From positions 416,001 to 480,000 of the forward strand of contig OY781066.1 in NCBI GenBank assembly GCA_963676395.1: 64,000 nucleotides of DNA. Reading direction: 5' to 3'. The translations under genes were made by a program, and so were the position numbers. The stretch comes from a bacterium. Its GTDB lineage: Bacteria > Fidelibacterota > Fidelibacteria > Fidelibacterales > Fidelibacteraceae. Positions 28,226 through 38,867 of the stretch are shown one piece after another; the stretch's first letter is position 1; each line of letters begins with the position of its first letter. The notes under the pieces are model-generated. The model saw nothing but the letters and a program-made list of their open reading frames with translations, ran no database searches and was not told the DNA's origin.

Positions 28226-29488
28226 TTATGATTTAGGTTTTCCCAATAATTCAAACATGTTCTTCTTATAAGCCTCAACACCGGGTTGATCAAATGGATT
28301 TACATCCAGCATATATCCTGACACAGCTACGCCAACTTCAAACAAAACACAAAGCGCTGCCAGATGTTCTTCATCCAAATAATCTAAATGTATAACCATT
28401 GTTGGCACACCACCATCCATATGTGCATATTTTGTACCTTTATATGCTTTTTGATTAATATCACTTAATGTTTTTCCTGCAAGATAATTCAATTTATCCA
28501 GGTCAGAATCATCAGTAGGGATCACAACATCTTTATTATAATGGTCAATAACCATAAAAGTCTCAAAAATATTCCTGACTCCATCCTGTATCCATTGTCC
28601 CATACTATGAAGATCTGTAGTAAAATCTACAGATGCCGGAAAAATACCTTTTCCATCTTTGCCTTCACTTTCACCATACAACTGTTTCCACCATTCAGAA
28701 ATAAAATGCAAACGGGGTTCCATAGAGGCAAGGATCTCAATTCCTTTACCGTTACGATAGCAAAGATTTCGGCTTGTAACATAATTCAAGACGGGATTAT
28801 CAATATTCACATCATAGGCAAGCTTAAATCCCTTTACTGCTCCGCGAATAATCTGGTCCATATCTGCCCCGGCAACAAGAATGGGTAATAAACCAACCGG
28901 TGTTAACACTGAAAACCTACCACCTACATTTGATGGAATAACAAAAGAACGATATCCTTTTTGTCGAGTTAACTCACGCAAAGCACCTTTTTTCTCATCG
29001 GTTGTTGCAATAATTCTTTTTGAAACCTCATTACCGTATTTTTTCTCAGCCAAATCACGTAAAACCCTTAATGCGATACCCGGTTCGGTAGTTGTACCTG
29101 ATTTAGAGATCACATTGATATAAAAATCTCTTTCTTGTAGTTCTTCGATCAGATCACTGAGTTCAAGAGGTGATAAATGATGACCAATAAAACGTACATT
29201 ATGCTTTTCACCGTACAAGGCATAAATGAAGGCTTTCGAACCAAGATATGAACCACCAATACCAACACAAATTAACAAATCACCTGATTCTCTGATCTCA
29301 TTGGCAACATTTTTTAATTCTTCTAGATGGGTCGTATCCTGTTTGGGCAGATCCAACCACCCTAAAAATTCATTACCTTTCCCTTTTCTGCTTTGTAAAA
29401 GTTCCAAAGCATCTTCTGCCTCTTTTCGTACGGCATCATAACTATTATTATATTGTTCGCGTATATACTTATCTACGATCGTGATCAT
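28226..29488 (-). CDS. pgi: Glucose-6-phosphate isomerase
   Basis: GIGGSYLG, ISKSGTTTEP, VGGRFSV, QLYGESEGK, NPFDQPGVEAYK. Confidence 0.96.
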   Translation of the reverse strand: MITIVDKYIREQYNNSYDAVRKEAEDALELLQSRKGKGNEFLGWLDLPKQDTTHLEELKNVANEIRESGDLLICVGIGGSYLGSKAFIYALYGEKHNVRFIGHHLSPLELSDLIEELQERDFYINVISKSGTTTEPGIALRVLRDLAEKKYGNEVSKRIIATTDEKKGALRELTRQKGYRSFVIPSNVGGRFSVLTPVGLLPILVAGADMDQIIRGAVKGFKLAYDVNIDNPVLNYVTSRNLCYRNGKGIEILASMEPRLHFISEWWKQLYGESEGKDGKGIFPASVDFTTDLHSMGQWIQDGVRNIFETFMVIDHYNKDVVIPTDDSDLDKLNYLAGKTLSDINQKAYKGTKYAHMDGGVPTMVIHLDYLDEEHLAALCVLFEVGVAVSGYMLDVNPFDQPGVEAYKKNMFELLGKPKS

Positions 29489-29491
29489 GTA

Positions 29492-30706
29492 TTACTCCCT
29501 TACTTTTTTTAGGATGCCTAATACTTCATCAATGTCGGCTGCCTTATGATCCGCGTTTATCTGAAACCGAATCTCTTCTTCGCCTTTTGGCACCACGGGA
29601 AAATTTAGTCCGGTAGCTAATACACCATTCCCCTGTAAAAAGCCAACAATTTCTGCTGTTTTTTGTGTATCTCGCACCATCAAAGGCACCACGGGATGTT
29701 CACCTTGAATTGTTTCCAATCCAAGATCCAACAGTCCGTTTCTGAACTTATCAGTCATACTTTTTAAATGTGCTAATATGCCTCTACCTTCATTGCTGTT
29801 ACAGATATCTATGCTTTTCTTTGCAGCTGCAGCTTCGGAAACTGTAATTGGATTTGAATAAATATAAGTTGGAGCGGATTCTCTTAAAAATGCTATCAGC
29901 TCAGAAGAACCTGTAACATATCCTCCATTCACTCCAAAGGCTTTACCCAGTGTGCCGATCAAGATATCAACTTTTGTTGAACATAATTCCTCTGTACCTC
30001 GGCCACTCTTCCCACAGGCACCCACGCCATGTGAATCGTCAACAAGCAGCGAAACACCTTCTTCGAAAACTTCATCTGCTTTTTTACAAAGATCCTGAAT
30101 CTTGTCTAGAGGTGCATGATCACCGCGCATGGAAAAAATTCCATCTGTGATCACAATAACTCGTTTACCTTTACCCTTAGCTTCTTCAAGCTTACGTTTG
30201 AGGTCTTGCGTATCATTATGCTTATAAATCATTTTAGCTATAGGACGAGACATACGCATGGCATTGATAATACAATTATGATTCAATTCATCTGAGATTA
30301 CGACAGTCTCTTTCGTTGTTAGTGATGAAATAACTCCCAAACTGGTCATATATGCCGATGAAAAGATCATCGCAGCTTCTCGCTCATGAAAATCAGCTAA
30401 AGTCTTTTCCAGATCTGTATGCACATCATATGAACCGGAAATAAAACGAACAGCACCCGGCCCTACACCAAAAGATTTAGTAGCATCTTCTTCAGCCTTT
30501 ATAACTTCGGGATGCATACTGAGCCCCAAATATGAGTTTGAGTTCATCTTAATATGCAAAAGATCTGAACCTTTAAGTCGATATCGGGGACCTCTATCGG
30601 AAGTTGCGGGTATGATCTCTGAAATAACGTGCTCTTTTCCTTTGGCTTTACCACTTGCAATAAGATCTTTGGTATATGTTTTTAAAGCTAGGTTGAGTTT
30701 ATTCAT
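29492..30706 (-). CDS. kbl: 2-amino-3-ketobutyrate CoA ligase (class II PLP-dependent)
   Basis: SNSYLGL, GAVRFISG, SDELNHNCII, TDGIFSMRG, DDSH, GTLGKA; overlaps threonine dehydrogenase. Confidence 0.82.
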   Translation of the reverse strand: MNKLNLALKTYTKDLIASGKAKGKEHVISEIIPATSDRGPRYRLKGSDLLHIKMNSNSYLGLSMHPEVIKAEEDATKSFGVGPGAVRFISGSYDVHTDLEKTLADFHEREAAMIFSSAYMTSLGVISSLTTKETVVISDELNHNCIINAMRMSRPIAKMIYKHNDTQDLKRKLEEAKGKGKRVIVITDGIFSMRGDHAPLDKIQDLCKKADEVFEEGVSLLVDDSHGVGACGKSGRGTEELCSTKVDILIGTLGKAFGVNGGYVTGSSELIAFLRESAPTYIYSNPITVSEAAAAKKSIDICNSNEGRGILAHLKSMTDKFRNGLLDLGLETIQGEHPVVPLMVRDTQKTAEIVGFLQGNGVLATGLNFPVVPKGEEEIRFQINADHKAADIDEVLGILKKVRE

Positions 30707-31668
30707 TCTATTCCCTTTTCTGCAAAACGCTTTGTAAGCACATCGATCATGTCCTTGCTCATGCTATCCAGATCATAATCGGGTTTCCATCCCCAATCTT
30801 CCCTGGCAGCTGTGTCATCCATCGTATTTGGCCAAGTATCAGCAATACCCTGTCTCACGGGATCCACCTTATAATCAATCTCAAAATCAGGGATAAATTT
30901 TCTTATGGATTCAGCTTGTACTTTTGGAGAAAAACTCATAGAAGCAATATTATATGAATTATGATGTTTAAGTTTATCATGATCAGCTTCCATCAAAGTA
31001 GCTGCCGCCTTTAATGCATCCGGCATATACATCATATCTAAATAGGTATCCTCTTGTAGGTAACAGGTGTATTTTCCACCTTTAACTGCTTTATGATAGA
31101 TATCAACGGCATAATCGGTCGTTCCTCCACCGGGAGGGACGAGATTAGAAATAATGCCCGGGAAACGAACTCCACGAACATCGATATTATATTTATCATG
31201 ATAATAGTCACATAAGAGCTCACCGGCAACCTTCGTAACACCATAAATACTATTAGGTCGTTGTATGGTTAACTGAGGAGTTAAATCTTTTGGTGTTGTT
31301 CTACCAAAGGCACCAATTGAAGATGGAACAAACATTCTAAATTTTAATTCATTGGCTACACGAAGGACAGAATTCAAGGTACCCATATTAATATCCCAAG
31401 CCATTTCGGGATTTTTTTCACTTACAGCCGAAAGCATCGCTGCCAAAAAATAAACTTGCTTAACTTTCTCTTTTTGAATAACCTGATACACCTGACGACT
31501 GTCCATAGCATCCATACGGATAAAAGGTCCACTTTCCATAAGATCATCATGCAAAGTGGCACGAATATCAGATGCAATTACATTTTTTTCTCCGTATTGT
31601 TCACGCAAATATGTAGTCAATTCTGTGCCAATTTGCCCACCGGCACCAATCAGTAAGATTTTATCCAT
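30703..31668 (-). CDS. tdh: SDR-type L-threonine 3-dehydrogenase
   Basis: GAGGQIGTEL, LAAMLSA, PSSIGAFG, YGVTK, PGGGTTDYAV, MMYMPDA. Confidence 0.88.
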   Translation of the reverse strand: MDKILLIGAGGQIGTELTTYLREQYGEKNVIASDIRATLHDDLMESGPFIRMDAMDSRQVYQVIQKEKVKQVYFLAAMLSAVSEKNPEMAWDINMGTLNSVLRVANELKFRMFVPSSIGAFGRTTPKDLTPQLTIQRPNSIYGVTKVAGELLCDYYHDKYNIDVRGVRFPGIISNLVPPGGGTTDYAVDIYHKAVKGGKYTCYLQEDTYLDMMYMPDALKAAATLMEADHDKLKHHNSYNIASMSFSPKVQAESIRKFIPDFEIDYKVDPVRQGIADTWPNTMDDTAAREDWGWKPDYDLDSMSKDMIDVLTKRFAEKGIE

Positions 31669-32299
31669 AGCTACTTCCCTCCAACAGGTTCACATAAGGA
31701 TTAAATTTCTTTTCTTCTCCAATACTTGTTGCATCCATATGGCCCGGATACACCTTCGTCTCATCGGGAAGTTTGAATAATATTTTTTTAATTGAATTCA
31801 GTAATTGAGATTGATCACCACCCGGTAAATCTGTTCGCCCTATCGAACGATGAAATAAAGTATCTCCACTAAACAGAATATTATCAATTAAATAACATAC
31901 TCCTCCAAGTGTGTGTCCAGGAGTATGTAATATCTGCACAGTGAAATCTCCAAGAGATATATCATTCTTGCTTAAAATATCAATGTTAATTATTGGTGTA
32001 CCCAAATAAGGTTGACGAAAATATTCACAACTTTGTTCATGAGCATCCAGCACAGCTTTGTCAGCCGAGCTTAAGATAAATGGGCAGTTATATTTTTTGC
32101 ACAATTCTTTTGCCGAAGTGATATGATCTAAATGAGCATGCGTAGCTAAAACAGCAAGAACTTTAGAATCAAACGAAATATGACTTATAATGCTTTCTAA
32201 AACATCACCGGGATCAATAATGATCACTTGATTTTTCTTTTCAAGAATGTATGTGTTTTCCTGAAAGACAGACTCAGAAACATGTCTAATTATTCTCAT
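31661..32299 (-). CDS. MBL-fold metallo-hydrolase (glyoxalase II-like)
   Basis: THAHLDH, HTPGHT, FSGDTLF, GRTDLPGG, YPGH. Confidence 0.9.
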   Translation of the reverse strand: MRIIRHVSESVFQENTYILEKKNQVIIIDPGDVLESIISHISFDSKVLAVLATHAHLDHITSAKELCKKYNCPFILSSADKAVLDAHEQSCEYFRQPYLGTPIINIDILSKNDISLGDFTVQILHTPGHTLGGVCYLIDNILFSGDTLFHRSIGRTDLPGGDQSQLLNSIKKILFKLPDETKVYPGHMDATSIGEEKKFNPYVNLLEGSSYG

Positions 32300-32319
32300 A
32301 TATCTTTCACAAGATCTAG

Positions 32320-33168
32320 TTATCGTTTACGTTTACCTATACCAAAAATTTCGTGTTTAAATCTATAACGTCGCCATAATTTAAATTCTTTGGAGTGATC
32401 AAATTCATAAGCAGGCTCATCATCAAACAGCAAATCTTCACCTTGAACGATTTTCCAAGGGTTATCAGAGATCAAACTATCAATATCATGTTTAGGATAT
32501 TTATTTTTACACATATCGGCTGCAATTTTGATATTAAACCCATTATTATAGTGAGGCCTGTGTGCATCCGAAGCAATTGCAACGGCAAGATTTTTTCGTA
32601 TTAGCATATCCGCAATATACTGTGCTTGAATTCCGTGAAATCCCAGTAATGATCCACCATTCACTTGCAAAACTACCCCCATGCGTACAAGTCGCATGAT
32701 TTCATCGGCAAATTCCCAAAAAAACGAATAACGTTCCGGATGAGCCAAAACTGGCGTACAATCCTGCTCAAGCAATTTATAGAACAACTTATCATGTTGT
32801 GAGGGTTTCCAATTCATAGCAAACTCAACCAAAGCATATTTTTTCTTATCTTCATAAGTAAAATAAGCAACTTTAGGAGCTTCCGGTATATAGCGGGTAA
32901 AATATAACTCCCCGCCAAGATATAAATTGACCGGGAGTTTTTCTTTATTAACTTCGTCTTTAATGATCTGAAAATGCTTTAATATCTTTTCTTGTCTCGC
33001 ATGTTCGGAATCTGCCTGATCGATCTCTAATTGATGTGGTGTCGCAACGATATCTGTTATACCGCGCTCGACAGCCTGCTTAAGCATTTCCATACTCATA
33101 TCAAGGCTTCTCGAACCATCATCGACCTCATGAATATAATGATTATGAATATCCACAATTTTTTTCAT
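32320..33168 (-). CDS. CpsB/CapC-type PHP tyrosine-protein phosphatase
   Basis: DIHNH..VDDGS, ATPH, LAHPERY, ASDAH. Confidence 0.88.
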   Translation of the reverse strand: MKKIVDIHNHYIHEVDDGSRSLDMSMEMLKQAVERGITDIVATPHQLEIDQADSEHARQEKILKHFQIIKDEVNKEKLPVNLYLGGELYFTRYIPEAPKVAYFTYEDKKKYALVEFAMNWKPSQHDKLFYKLLEQDCTPVLAHPERYSFFWEFADEIMRLVRMGVVLQVNGGSLLGFHGIQAQYIADMLIRKNLAVAIASDAHRPHYNNGFNIKIAADMCKNKYPKHDIDSLISDNPWKIVQGEDLLFDDEPAYEFDHSKEFKLWRRYRFKHEIFGIGKRKR

Positions 33169-33177
33169 AGAGTTCCT

Positions 33178-34314
33178 TTAACCAAGAACGGCAAGCAAAA
33201 TACCAGCACCCACCGCAGAGCCGATCACACCGGCAACATTGGGCCCCATGGCATGCATGAGAAGATAATTCGACTTGTCATATTCAAGCCCAACATGCTG
33301 TACAACGCGGGCTGAATCGGGAACGGCTGAAACACCCGCCGCACCACACAAAGGATTTATTTTATTTCCTTCTTTCAGGAATAGATTCATGACTTTAGCA
33401 AACAATACGCCACCAGCGGTAGCAACAATAAATGATGCAGCTCCCAAGCAGAAAACGCCGAGTGACTGCCATGTTAAAAAGGTCGTTGCCTGTGTCGAAG
33501 CACCCACCGTTAATCCCAGTAAGATCGTCACAATATTAATCAAAGAATTTCGTGACGTATCTGCAAGACGATCTGTTACTCCGGATTCTTTTAACAAGTT
33601 CCCGAAAAACAACATTCCTAAGAGTGGTAATGCTGTAGGAGCAATAAAAGCGGTCAATAAAAAACCAATAATAGGAAATAATACCTTTTCTACTTTTGGC
33701 ACATTCCGAACCGGTTTCATACGAATAACGCGTTCTTTTTTCGTTGTCAATAATTTCATAACCGGAGGTTGAAGAATTGGAACAAGTGCCATGTAAGAAT
33801 AAGCAGAAATGGCGATCACACCCATTAAGTGAGGAGCTAAGCGTGATGACAAGAAAATTGCAGTTGGTCCATCAGCACCACCGATAATTCCAATAGCACC
33901 GGCTTCCATTGGAGTAAAGCCCAACCAGGAAGCTCCCAGAAAGGTCAAAAAGATACCTACCTGTGCCGCAGCACCCAATAGCACCATTTTAGGATTGGAT
34001 AACAATGCAGAGAAATCTGTCATAGCGCCTATCCCCATAAAGATCAAGGGAGGATAAACTCCTTTAACAACGCCAAAATAAAGATAATTCAATACCGACC
34101 CATCTTCATAGATTCCCAGTTGCAAACTGGCATCTTGTAAAAAAGGAATATTTCCTAAAAGTATTCCAAAACCAATGGGAACCAGCAATAGTGGTTCATA
34201 TCCTTTTGCGATCCCAAGATATAAGAGAACACAACCGACTACGATCATAATCAAATGCCCTAATGTCACATTTGCAAATCCGGAATATGAAATAAAATCA
34301 CTTAGAATGTTCAT
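33178..34314 (-). CDS. mmdB: Na+-translocating decarboxylase beta subunit
   Basis: EPLLLVPIGFG, GIIGGADGPT, AYSYMALVP, GVSAVP, HAMGPNVAG. Confidence 0.93.
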   Translation of the reverse strand: MNILSDFISYSGFANVTLGHLIMIVVGCVLLYLGIAKGYEPLLLVPIGFGILLGNIPFLQDASLQLGIYEDGSVLNYLYFGVVKGVYPPLIFMGIGAMTDFSALLSNPKMVLLGAAAQVGIFLTFLGASWLGFTPMEAGAIGIIGGADGPTAIFLSSRLAPHLMGVIAISAYSYMALVPILQPPVMKLLTTKKERVIRMKPVRNVPKVEKVLFPIIGFLLTAFIAPTALPLLGMLFFGNLLKESGVTDRLADTSRNSLINIVTILLGLTVGASTQATTFLTWQSLGVFCLGAASFIVATAGGVLFAKVMNLFLKEGNKINPLCGAAGVSAVPDSARVVQHVGLEYDKSNYLLMHAMGPNVAGVIGSAVGAGILLAVLG

Positions 34315-34745
34315 GCATCCCCCATCTCCATCAAGACATCTCCTTCCAAAACGGAATCACCAACTTTAACAGAAATCGATTCAATTTTTCCATCAGCTGA
34401 AGCCAAAATGTTATTTTCCATCTTCATTGCTTCCATCTTTGCAACGATCTGTCCCCCTTTTACACTATCACCAGTAGAAACTGCAATTTCTGTTATTAAG
34501 CCCGGGATAGGAGCAGTAATCGTATTAATAGAAACATTTTTAGGATTCCTATTGGTTTTGGGAGTATCTTGTAAAGGAATGGCTGCTTTTCTGGAAATGA
34601 CTGGTGTTTTGGTTTTCACGCTAACTTCTTCAAATAAAACCTCATAACGCTTGTCATTACAAAAGACATCGGCTTTACTATCGCTAACTGATTCAATATC
34701 AACCTTATATTCTTTATCATTAACTTTTAGTTTATATGTTTTCAT
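34311..34745 (-). CDS. mmdC: Biotin carboxyl carrier subunit of the decarboxylase
   Basis: EAMKMEN biotinylation motif. Confidence 0.9.
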   Translation of the reverse strand: MKTYKLKVNDKEYKVDIESVSDSKADVFCNDKRYEVLFEEVSVKTKTPVISRKAAIPLQDTPKTNRNPKNVSINTITAPIPGLITEIAVSTGDSVKGGQIVAKMEAMKMENNILASADGKIESISVKVGDSVLEGDVLMEMGDA

Positions 34746-34760
34746 TATTCACCTATGTGG

Positions 34761-35156
34761 TTATCTTGGATTTCTCATACTAAATGCTTTATTATTCCAA
34801 CCTGAAAAGGGCTTAATAACTTTTCGAATCGTTAATATTGCCTTTTCCTCTTCATCCAATAACTGTTTTTCTAGATGTAAGGCAAGCGCAATTGCGACAG
34901 CAACATCATCATCGTTATTAGACATTGTTTCTTTTTTGATCTTCTTAACTATTTGACTGCTTCTATTATTGTAGGAGTAAATGATTTTAGACATAATAGC
35001 AACGCTTATCATAACAATAAACAAAGCAAGAAGAACAATTATAACACCTACTAATGTTACGGTAAATATCATTTTTCTATTTTCAATGGGTATACCGACA
35101 GCAAACATTGAGATAGGCAAAACAATAAATAAAAGGGATAGTAATATTTTTCTCAT
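34761..35156 (-). CDS. mmdD: OadG/MmdD-family membrane subunit
   Basis: TM segment, VAVAIALAL motif and C-terminal W; position between mmdA and mmdC. Confidence 0.78.
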   Translation of the reverse strand: MRKILLSLLFIVLPISMFAVGIPIENRKMIFTVTLVGVIIVLLALFIVMISVAIMSKIIYSYNNRSSQIVKKIKKETMSNNDDDVAVAIALALHLEKQLLDEEEKAILTIRKVIKPFSGWNNKAFSMRNPR

Positions 35157-35165
35157 TTTTATCCC

Positions 35166-36704
35166 CTATAATGGTATATTGCCATGTTTTTTCATCGGAT
35201 TTTTCGCACGCTTAGTAGACAGCATTTCAAACGCTCTAATAACTCTAAACCTTGTATTACTTGGTTCAATCACATCATCAATATATCCTTGTTCAGCGGC
35301 TACATAAGGATTAGCAAATTTATCACGATATTCATTTAGTAGTTTTTCTTTTTTACTACCATCCTTATCATCTTTCAGGTCTCTTCTATAAAGTACATTT
35401 ACAGCGCCATCTGCTCCCATCACTGCGATCTCACCATTTGGCCATGCATAGTTAATATCACCATTCAAATGCTTACTGCTCATAACAATGTAAGCTCCAC
35501 CATAAGATTTTCTTGTAATAACAGTAACTTTGGGAACGGTAGCTTCAGCATAAGCATAGATCAATTTCGCACCATGGTTAATAATACCACCATACTCTTG
35601 AGCCGTACCGGGTAAAAAGCCAGGAACATCTACAAGTGTTAACAATGGAATATTGAACGCATCACAAAAGCGAACAAATCGTGCAGCTTTAATACTAGCC
35701 TTAATATCCAAAACACCTGCAAGATAGCTGGGTTGATTAGCAACAACACCTACCGTACGACCATTAAGTCTACCATATCCAACAATTATATTAGGAGCAT
35801 AATGTCTGGATACCTCAAGAAATTCCTGATCGTCAACAATTTCATATATAATCTCTTTCATATCATAAGGTTGATTAGGAGATTCAGGAATAATCGTATT
35901 TAATAAGTCAGAATGACGACTAATTTCATCTTTAGAGACTTGCACAGGTGTTTCTTCCATATTATTCGAAGGAAGGTATGAAATAAGTTTACGAATCAAT
36001 AAGATCGCCTCTTTTTCATCTTCAGCGGCAAAATGAGCAACCCCCGACTTTGCAGCGTGAATCATAGCACCACCTAATTGTTCGTCACTAACTTTTTCAT
36101 TCGTTACAGCTTCTACAACTTTAGGACCTGTAATGAACATATAGGATGTATCTTCAGCCATTATAACAAAATCCGTAATAGCAGGACTATAAACAGCTCC
36201 TCCGGCACACGGACCCAAAATAGCGGATATTTGAGGAATAACACCCGACGCTTCAACATTTTTCTGAAAAATATCCCCATATCCACCCAACGCAAGCACA
36301 CCTTCTTGAATTCGAGCGCCACCTGAATCATTTAATCCAATGATCGGAGCCCCCATTTTCATTGCCATTTCCTGGACTTTTACAATTTTAGCAGCAACAG
36401 TTTCGCTTAGACTACCACCAAATACTGTAAAATCTTGCGCAAACACGTAGACTAAACGACCATCTATTGTTCCACACCCTGTAACAACGCCATCGCCGGC
36501 AAAATGTGTTTTATCCATTCCAAAATCCCTACAGCGATGTTTTACAAAGGTATCAAATTCTTCAAATGAATCATGATCAAGAAGTTCAAAGATACGTTCA
36601 CGTGCTGTTAACTTACCTTTTTCATGTTGTTTAGCTATTCTTTCGCGCCCACCACCCAGTTTGGCTTTTCGACGCTTTTCTTGTAATTGCTTTAGTTCAT
36701 CCAT
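35166..36704 (-). CDS. mmdA: Methylmalonyl-CoA decarboxylase carboxyltransferase subunit
   Basis: [47 protein letters not shown]. Confidence 0.92.
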   Translation of the reverse strand: MDELKQLQEKRRKAKLGGGRERIAKQHEKGKLTARERIFELLDHDSFEEFDTFVKHRCRDFGMDKTHFAGDGVVTGCGTIDGRLVYVFAQDFTVFGGSLSETVAAKIVKVQEMAMKMGAPIIGLNDSGGARIQEGVLALGGYGDIFQKNVEASGVIPQISAILGPCAGGAVYSPAITDFVIMAEDTSYMFITGPKVVEAVTNEKVSDEQLGGAMIHAAKSGVAHFAAEDEKEAILLIRKLISYLPSNNMEETPVQVSKDEISRHSDLLNTIIPESPNQPYDMKEIIYEIVDDQEFLEVSRHYAPNIIVGYGRLNGRTVGVVANQPSYLAGVLDIKASIKAARFVRFCDAFNIPLLTLVDVPGFLPGTAQEYGGIINHGAKLIYAYAEATVPKVTVITRKSYGGAYIVMSSKHLNGDINYAWPNGEIAVMGADGAVNVLYRRDLKDDKDGSKKEKLLNEYRDKFANPYVAAEQGYIDDVIEPSNTRFRVIRAFEMLSTKRAKNPMKKHGNIPL

Positions 36705-36717
36705 TCTCTTTCCCTAC

Positions 36718-37125
36718 CTATTCGTGTTCTTCAGTCATTTCGGTTAAAATACCGTATGTTGATTTTGGATGCAGAAAGGCAATTTTATGTCCACCGGCAC
36801 CAACTCGTGGTTTGGTATCAATCAATCTTAATCCTGCACCATCCATTTTATCAATAGCCATTTGGCAATTATCTACAGCATATGCCATATGATGAATACC
36901 CTGCCCTTTTTTTGCAATAAATTTTGCAATTGGACTATCATCAGATGTTGCTTCACATAATTCAATACGTGTATCACCAATTTCAAAAAATGCTACCTTT
37001 AATTTCTGATCTTCGACAAGTTCTGTCCCGGCGAACTTCATCCCCAATAAATCACGATAATAGGGTATTTGCTCTTCAAGCGATTCTACAGCAATTCCGA
37101 TATGAGATATTTTTTTTACCATCAT
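36718..37125 (-). CDS. mce: Methylmalonyl-CoA epimerase
   Basis: HIGIAV, SPIAKFI, GIHHMAY, AFLHPKS. Confidence 0.93.
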   Translation of the reverse strand: MMVKKISHIGIAVESLEEQIPYYRDLLGMKFAGTELVEDQKLKVAFFEIGDTRIELCEATSDDSPIAKFIAKKGQGIHHMAYAVDNCQMAIDKMDGAGLRLIDTKPRVGAGGHKIAFLHPKSTYGILTEMTEEHE

Positions 37126-37130
37126 CTCTC

Positions 37131-38786
37131 CTAAACAACAATGTTCTCTTTATATTCACCAAAAACGTCTCTCATGACGTTGCATATCTCTCCAAGTGTC
37201 GCATACACACGTACTGCATCAACGATATAAGGCATAAGGTTATCATCACCTTCACATGCTTTTTTCAATTCACTTAATGCGTTATTAACAGCTTCACTAT
37301 TACGTTTTTCACGAAGCTTACTCAAACGTGCAACCTGCTCGTTTTGAATTCGTCTATCGATCCTTAATAAATTAGATGGAGCTTCTTCTTTTATCTGGAA
37401 TTTATTTTGACCAACAACAATACATTCCGACTTTTCAATATCTTTTTGAACGCGATATGCTTCACGTTGAATTTCTCGTTGCACATATCCTTGTTCAATC
37501 GCTGCCGACATACCGCCTAATTCATCGATCTTTTCAATATAAGCCATAGCTTCAGCTTCCATCTTATCTGTCATCGCTTCAACATAATATGAGCCTGCAA
37601 GAGGATCTATTGTTTCAGCCACACCAGATTCATGCGCCACGATCTGTTGAGTTCTTAACGCAACTCTAACTGAGTCTTCTGTTGGTAAAGCAAGAGCTTC
37701 ATCTTTAGAATTTGTATGCAAACTCTGTGTGCCTCCCATCACAGCAGCCAATGTTTGTATTGCAACACGAACAATATTATTATCGGGTTGTTGTGCCGTG
37801 AGAGTTGAACCACCGGTTTGCGTATGAAAACGAAGCATCATCGATTTTTCTTTCTTGGCACTAAAACGTTCTTTCATGATCTTTGCCCATAATCTTCTTG
37901 CTGCACGAAATTTTGCAACTTCTTCCAATAAATTATTATGAGCATTAAAAAAGAAAGAAAGACGTCCGGCGAATACATCCACATCCATACCCGCTTCTAA
38001 AGCAGCTTCAGTATATGCTATGCCATCTGCCAGAGTAAATCCAATTTCTTGGGCAGCCGTTGATCCTGCTTCGCGAATATGATAACCTGAAATCGAAATA
38101 GTGTTCCATTTCGGTATGTATTTTGAACAATATTCAAAAGTATTTGTTACTAATCTCATAGATGCTTTAGGTGGATAAATATAAGTACCTCTAGCGATGT
38201 ACTCTTTTAAAATATCATTCTGGATCGTACCGGTAAGCTTATCAGGTGTCACACCCTGTTTTTCCGCTACTACCATATACATGGCCAAAAGAACCGTTGC
38301 CGGAGCATTAATGGTCATACTTGTCGAAACCTTGTCCAATGGTATCTGATCAAAAAGAACTTCCATATCTTCCAATGAATCGATAGCAACTCCAACCTTA
38401 CCAATCTCTCCATCACAAATAGGATCATCAGAATCATAACCTATCTGAGTTGGTAGATCAAAAGCAACCGACAAACCGGTTTGACCATTTTCCAACAAGT
38501 ATTTATATCTTTCATTAGACTGCTTTGCATCACCAAAACCGGCGTATTGCCTCATTGTCCAATAGCGACCACGGTACATCGTTGGATAAACACCACGAGT
38601 AAAGGGATACTCTCCAGGATAAGATAATTTGGTATTATACTGTTCATCACAATGCTCTGGCGTGTAAAGAGGTTCTATCTCTGCACCTGACATTGTTTTA
38701 AATGTTTCGTAGCGTTCGCCTCTTTTTGCCTTAAATGCGGCATAACTCGTATCAAGCCATTCTTGTTTTGATTTCGATTTTGACAT
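37131..38786 (-). CDS. mcmA: Methylmalonyl-CoA mutase, substrate-binding large subunit
   Basis: [18 protein letters not shown] (Tyr), KEYIARGT (Arg), SGYHIREAG; no B12-binding domain; ATG at 38786. Confidence 0.9.
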   Translation of the reverse strand: MSKSKSKQEWLDTSYAAFKAKRGERYETFKTMSGAEIEPLYTPEHCDEQYNTKLSYPGEYPFTRGVYPTMYRGRYWTMRQYAGFGDAKQSNERYKYLLENGQTGLSVAFDLPTQIGYDSDDPICDGEIGKVGVAIDSLEDMEVLFDQIPLDKVSTSMTINAPATVLLAMYMVVAEKQGVTPDKLTGTIQNDILKEYIARGTYIYPPKASMRLVTNTFEYCSKYIPKWNTISISGYHIREAGSTAAQEIGFTLADGIAYTEAALEAGMDVDVFAGRLSFFFNAHNNLLEEVAKFRAARRLWAKIMKERFSAKKEKSMMLRFHTQTGGSTLTAQQPDNNIVRVAIQTLAAVMGGTQSLHTNSKDEALALPTEDSVRVALRTQQIVAHESGVAETIDPLAGSYYVEAMTDKMEAEAMAYIEKIDELGGMSAAIEQGYVQREIQREAYRVQKDIEKSECIVVGQNKFQIKEEAPSNLLRIDRRIQNEQVARLSKLREKRNSEAVNNALSELKKACEGDDNLMPYIVDAVRVYATLGEICNVMRDVFGEYKENIVV

Positions 38787-38823
38787 ATTGCTTCCCGTCT
38801 GCTTAGTCAATTATAAAGTCATA

Positions 38824-38847
38824 CAGCCCGGTTTAGTAACCGGGCTG
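38824..38847. terminator. Stem-loop between wzc and the mutase gene (terminator or processing/stability hairpin)
   Basis: CAGCCCGGTT-TAGT-AACCGGGCTG perfect 10 bp stem, weak U tract. Confidence 0.5.
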
Positions 38848-38867
38848 ATATATTAATTCTCTATTTA

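Noticed and set aside
38787..38867. Cobalamin riboswitch upstream of the mutase
   Set aside because: The spacer is only ~80 bp and holds one simple hairpin with no B12-box.
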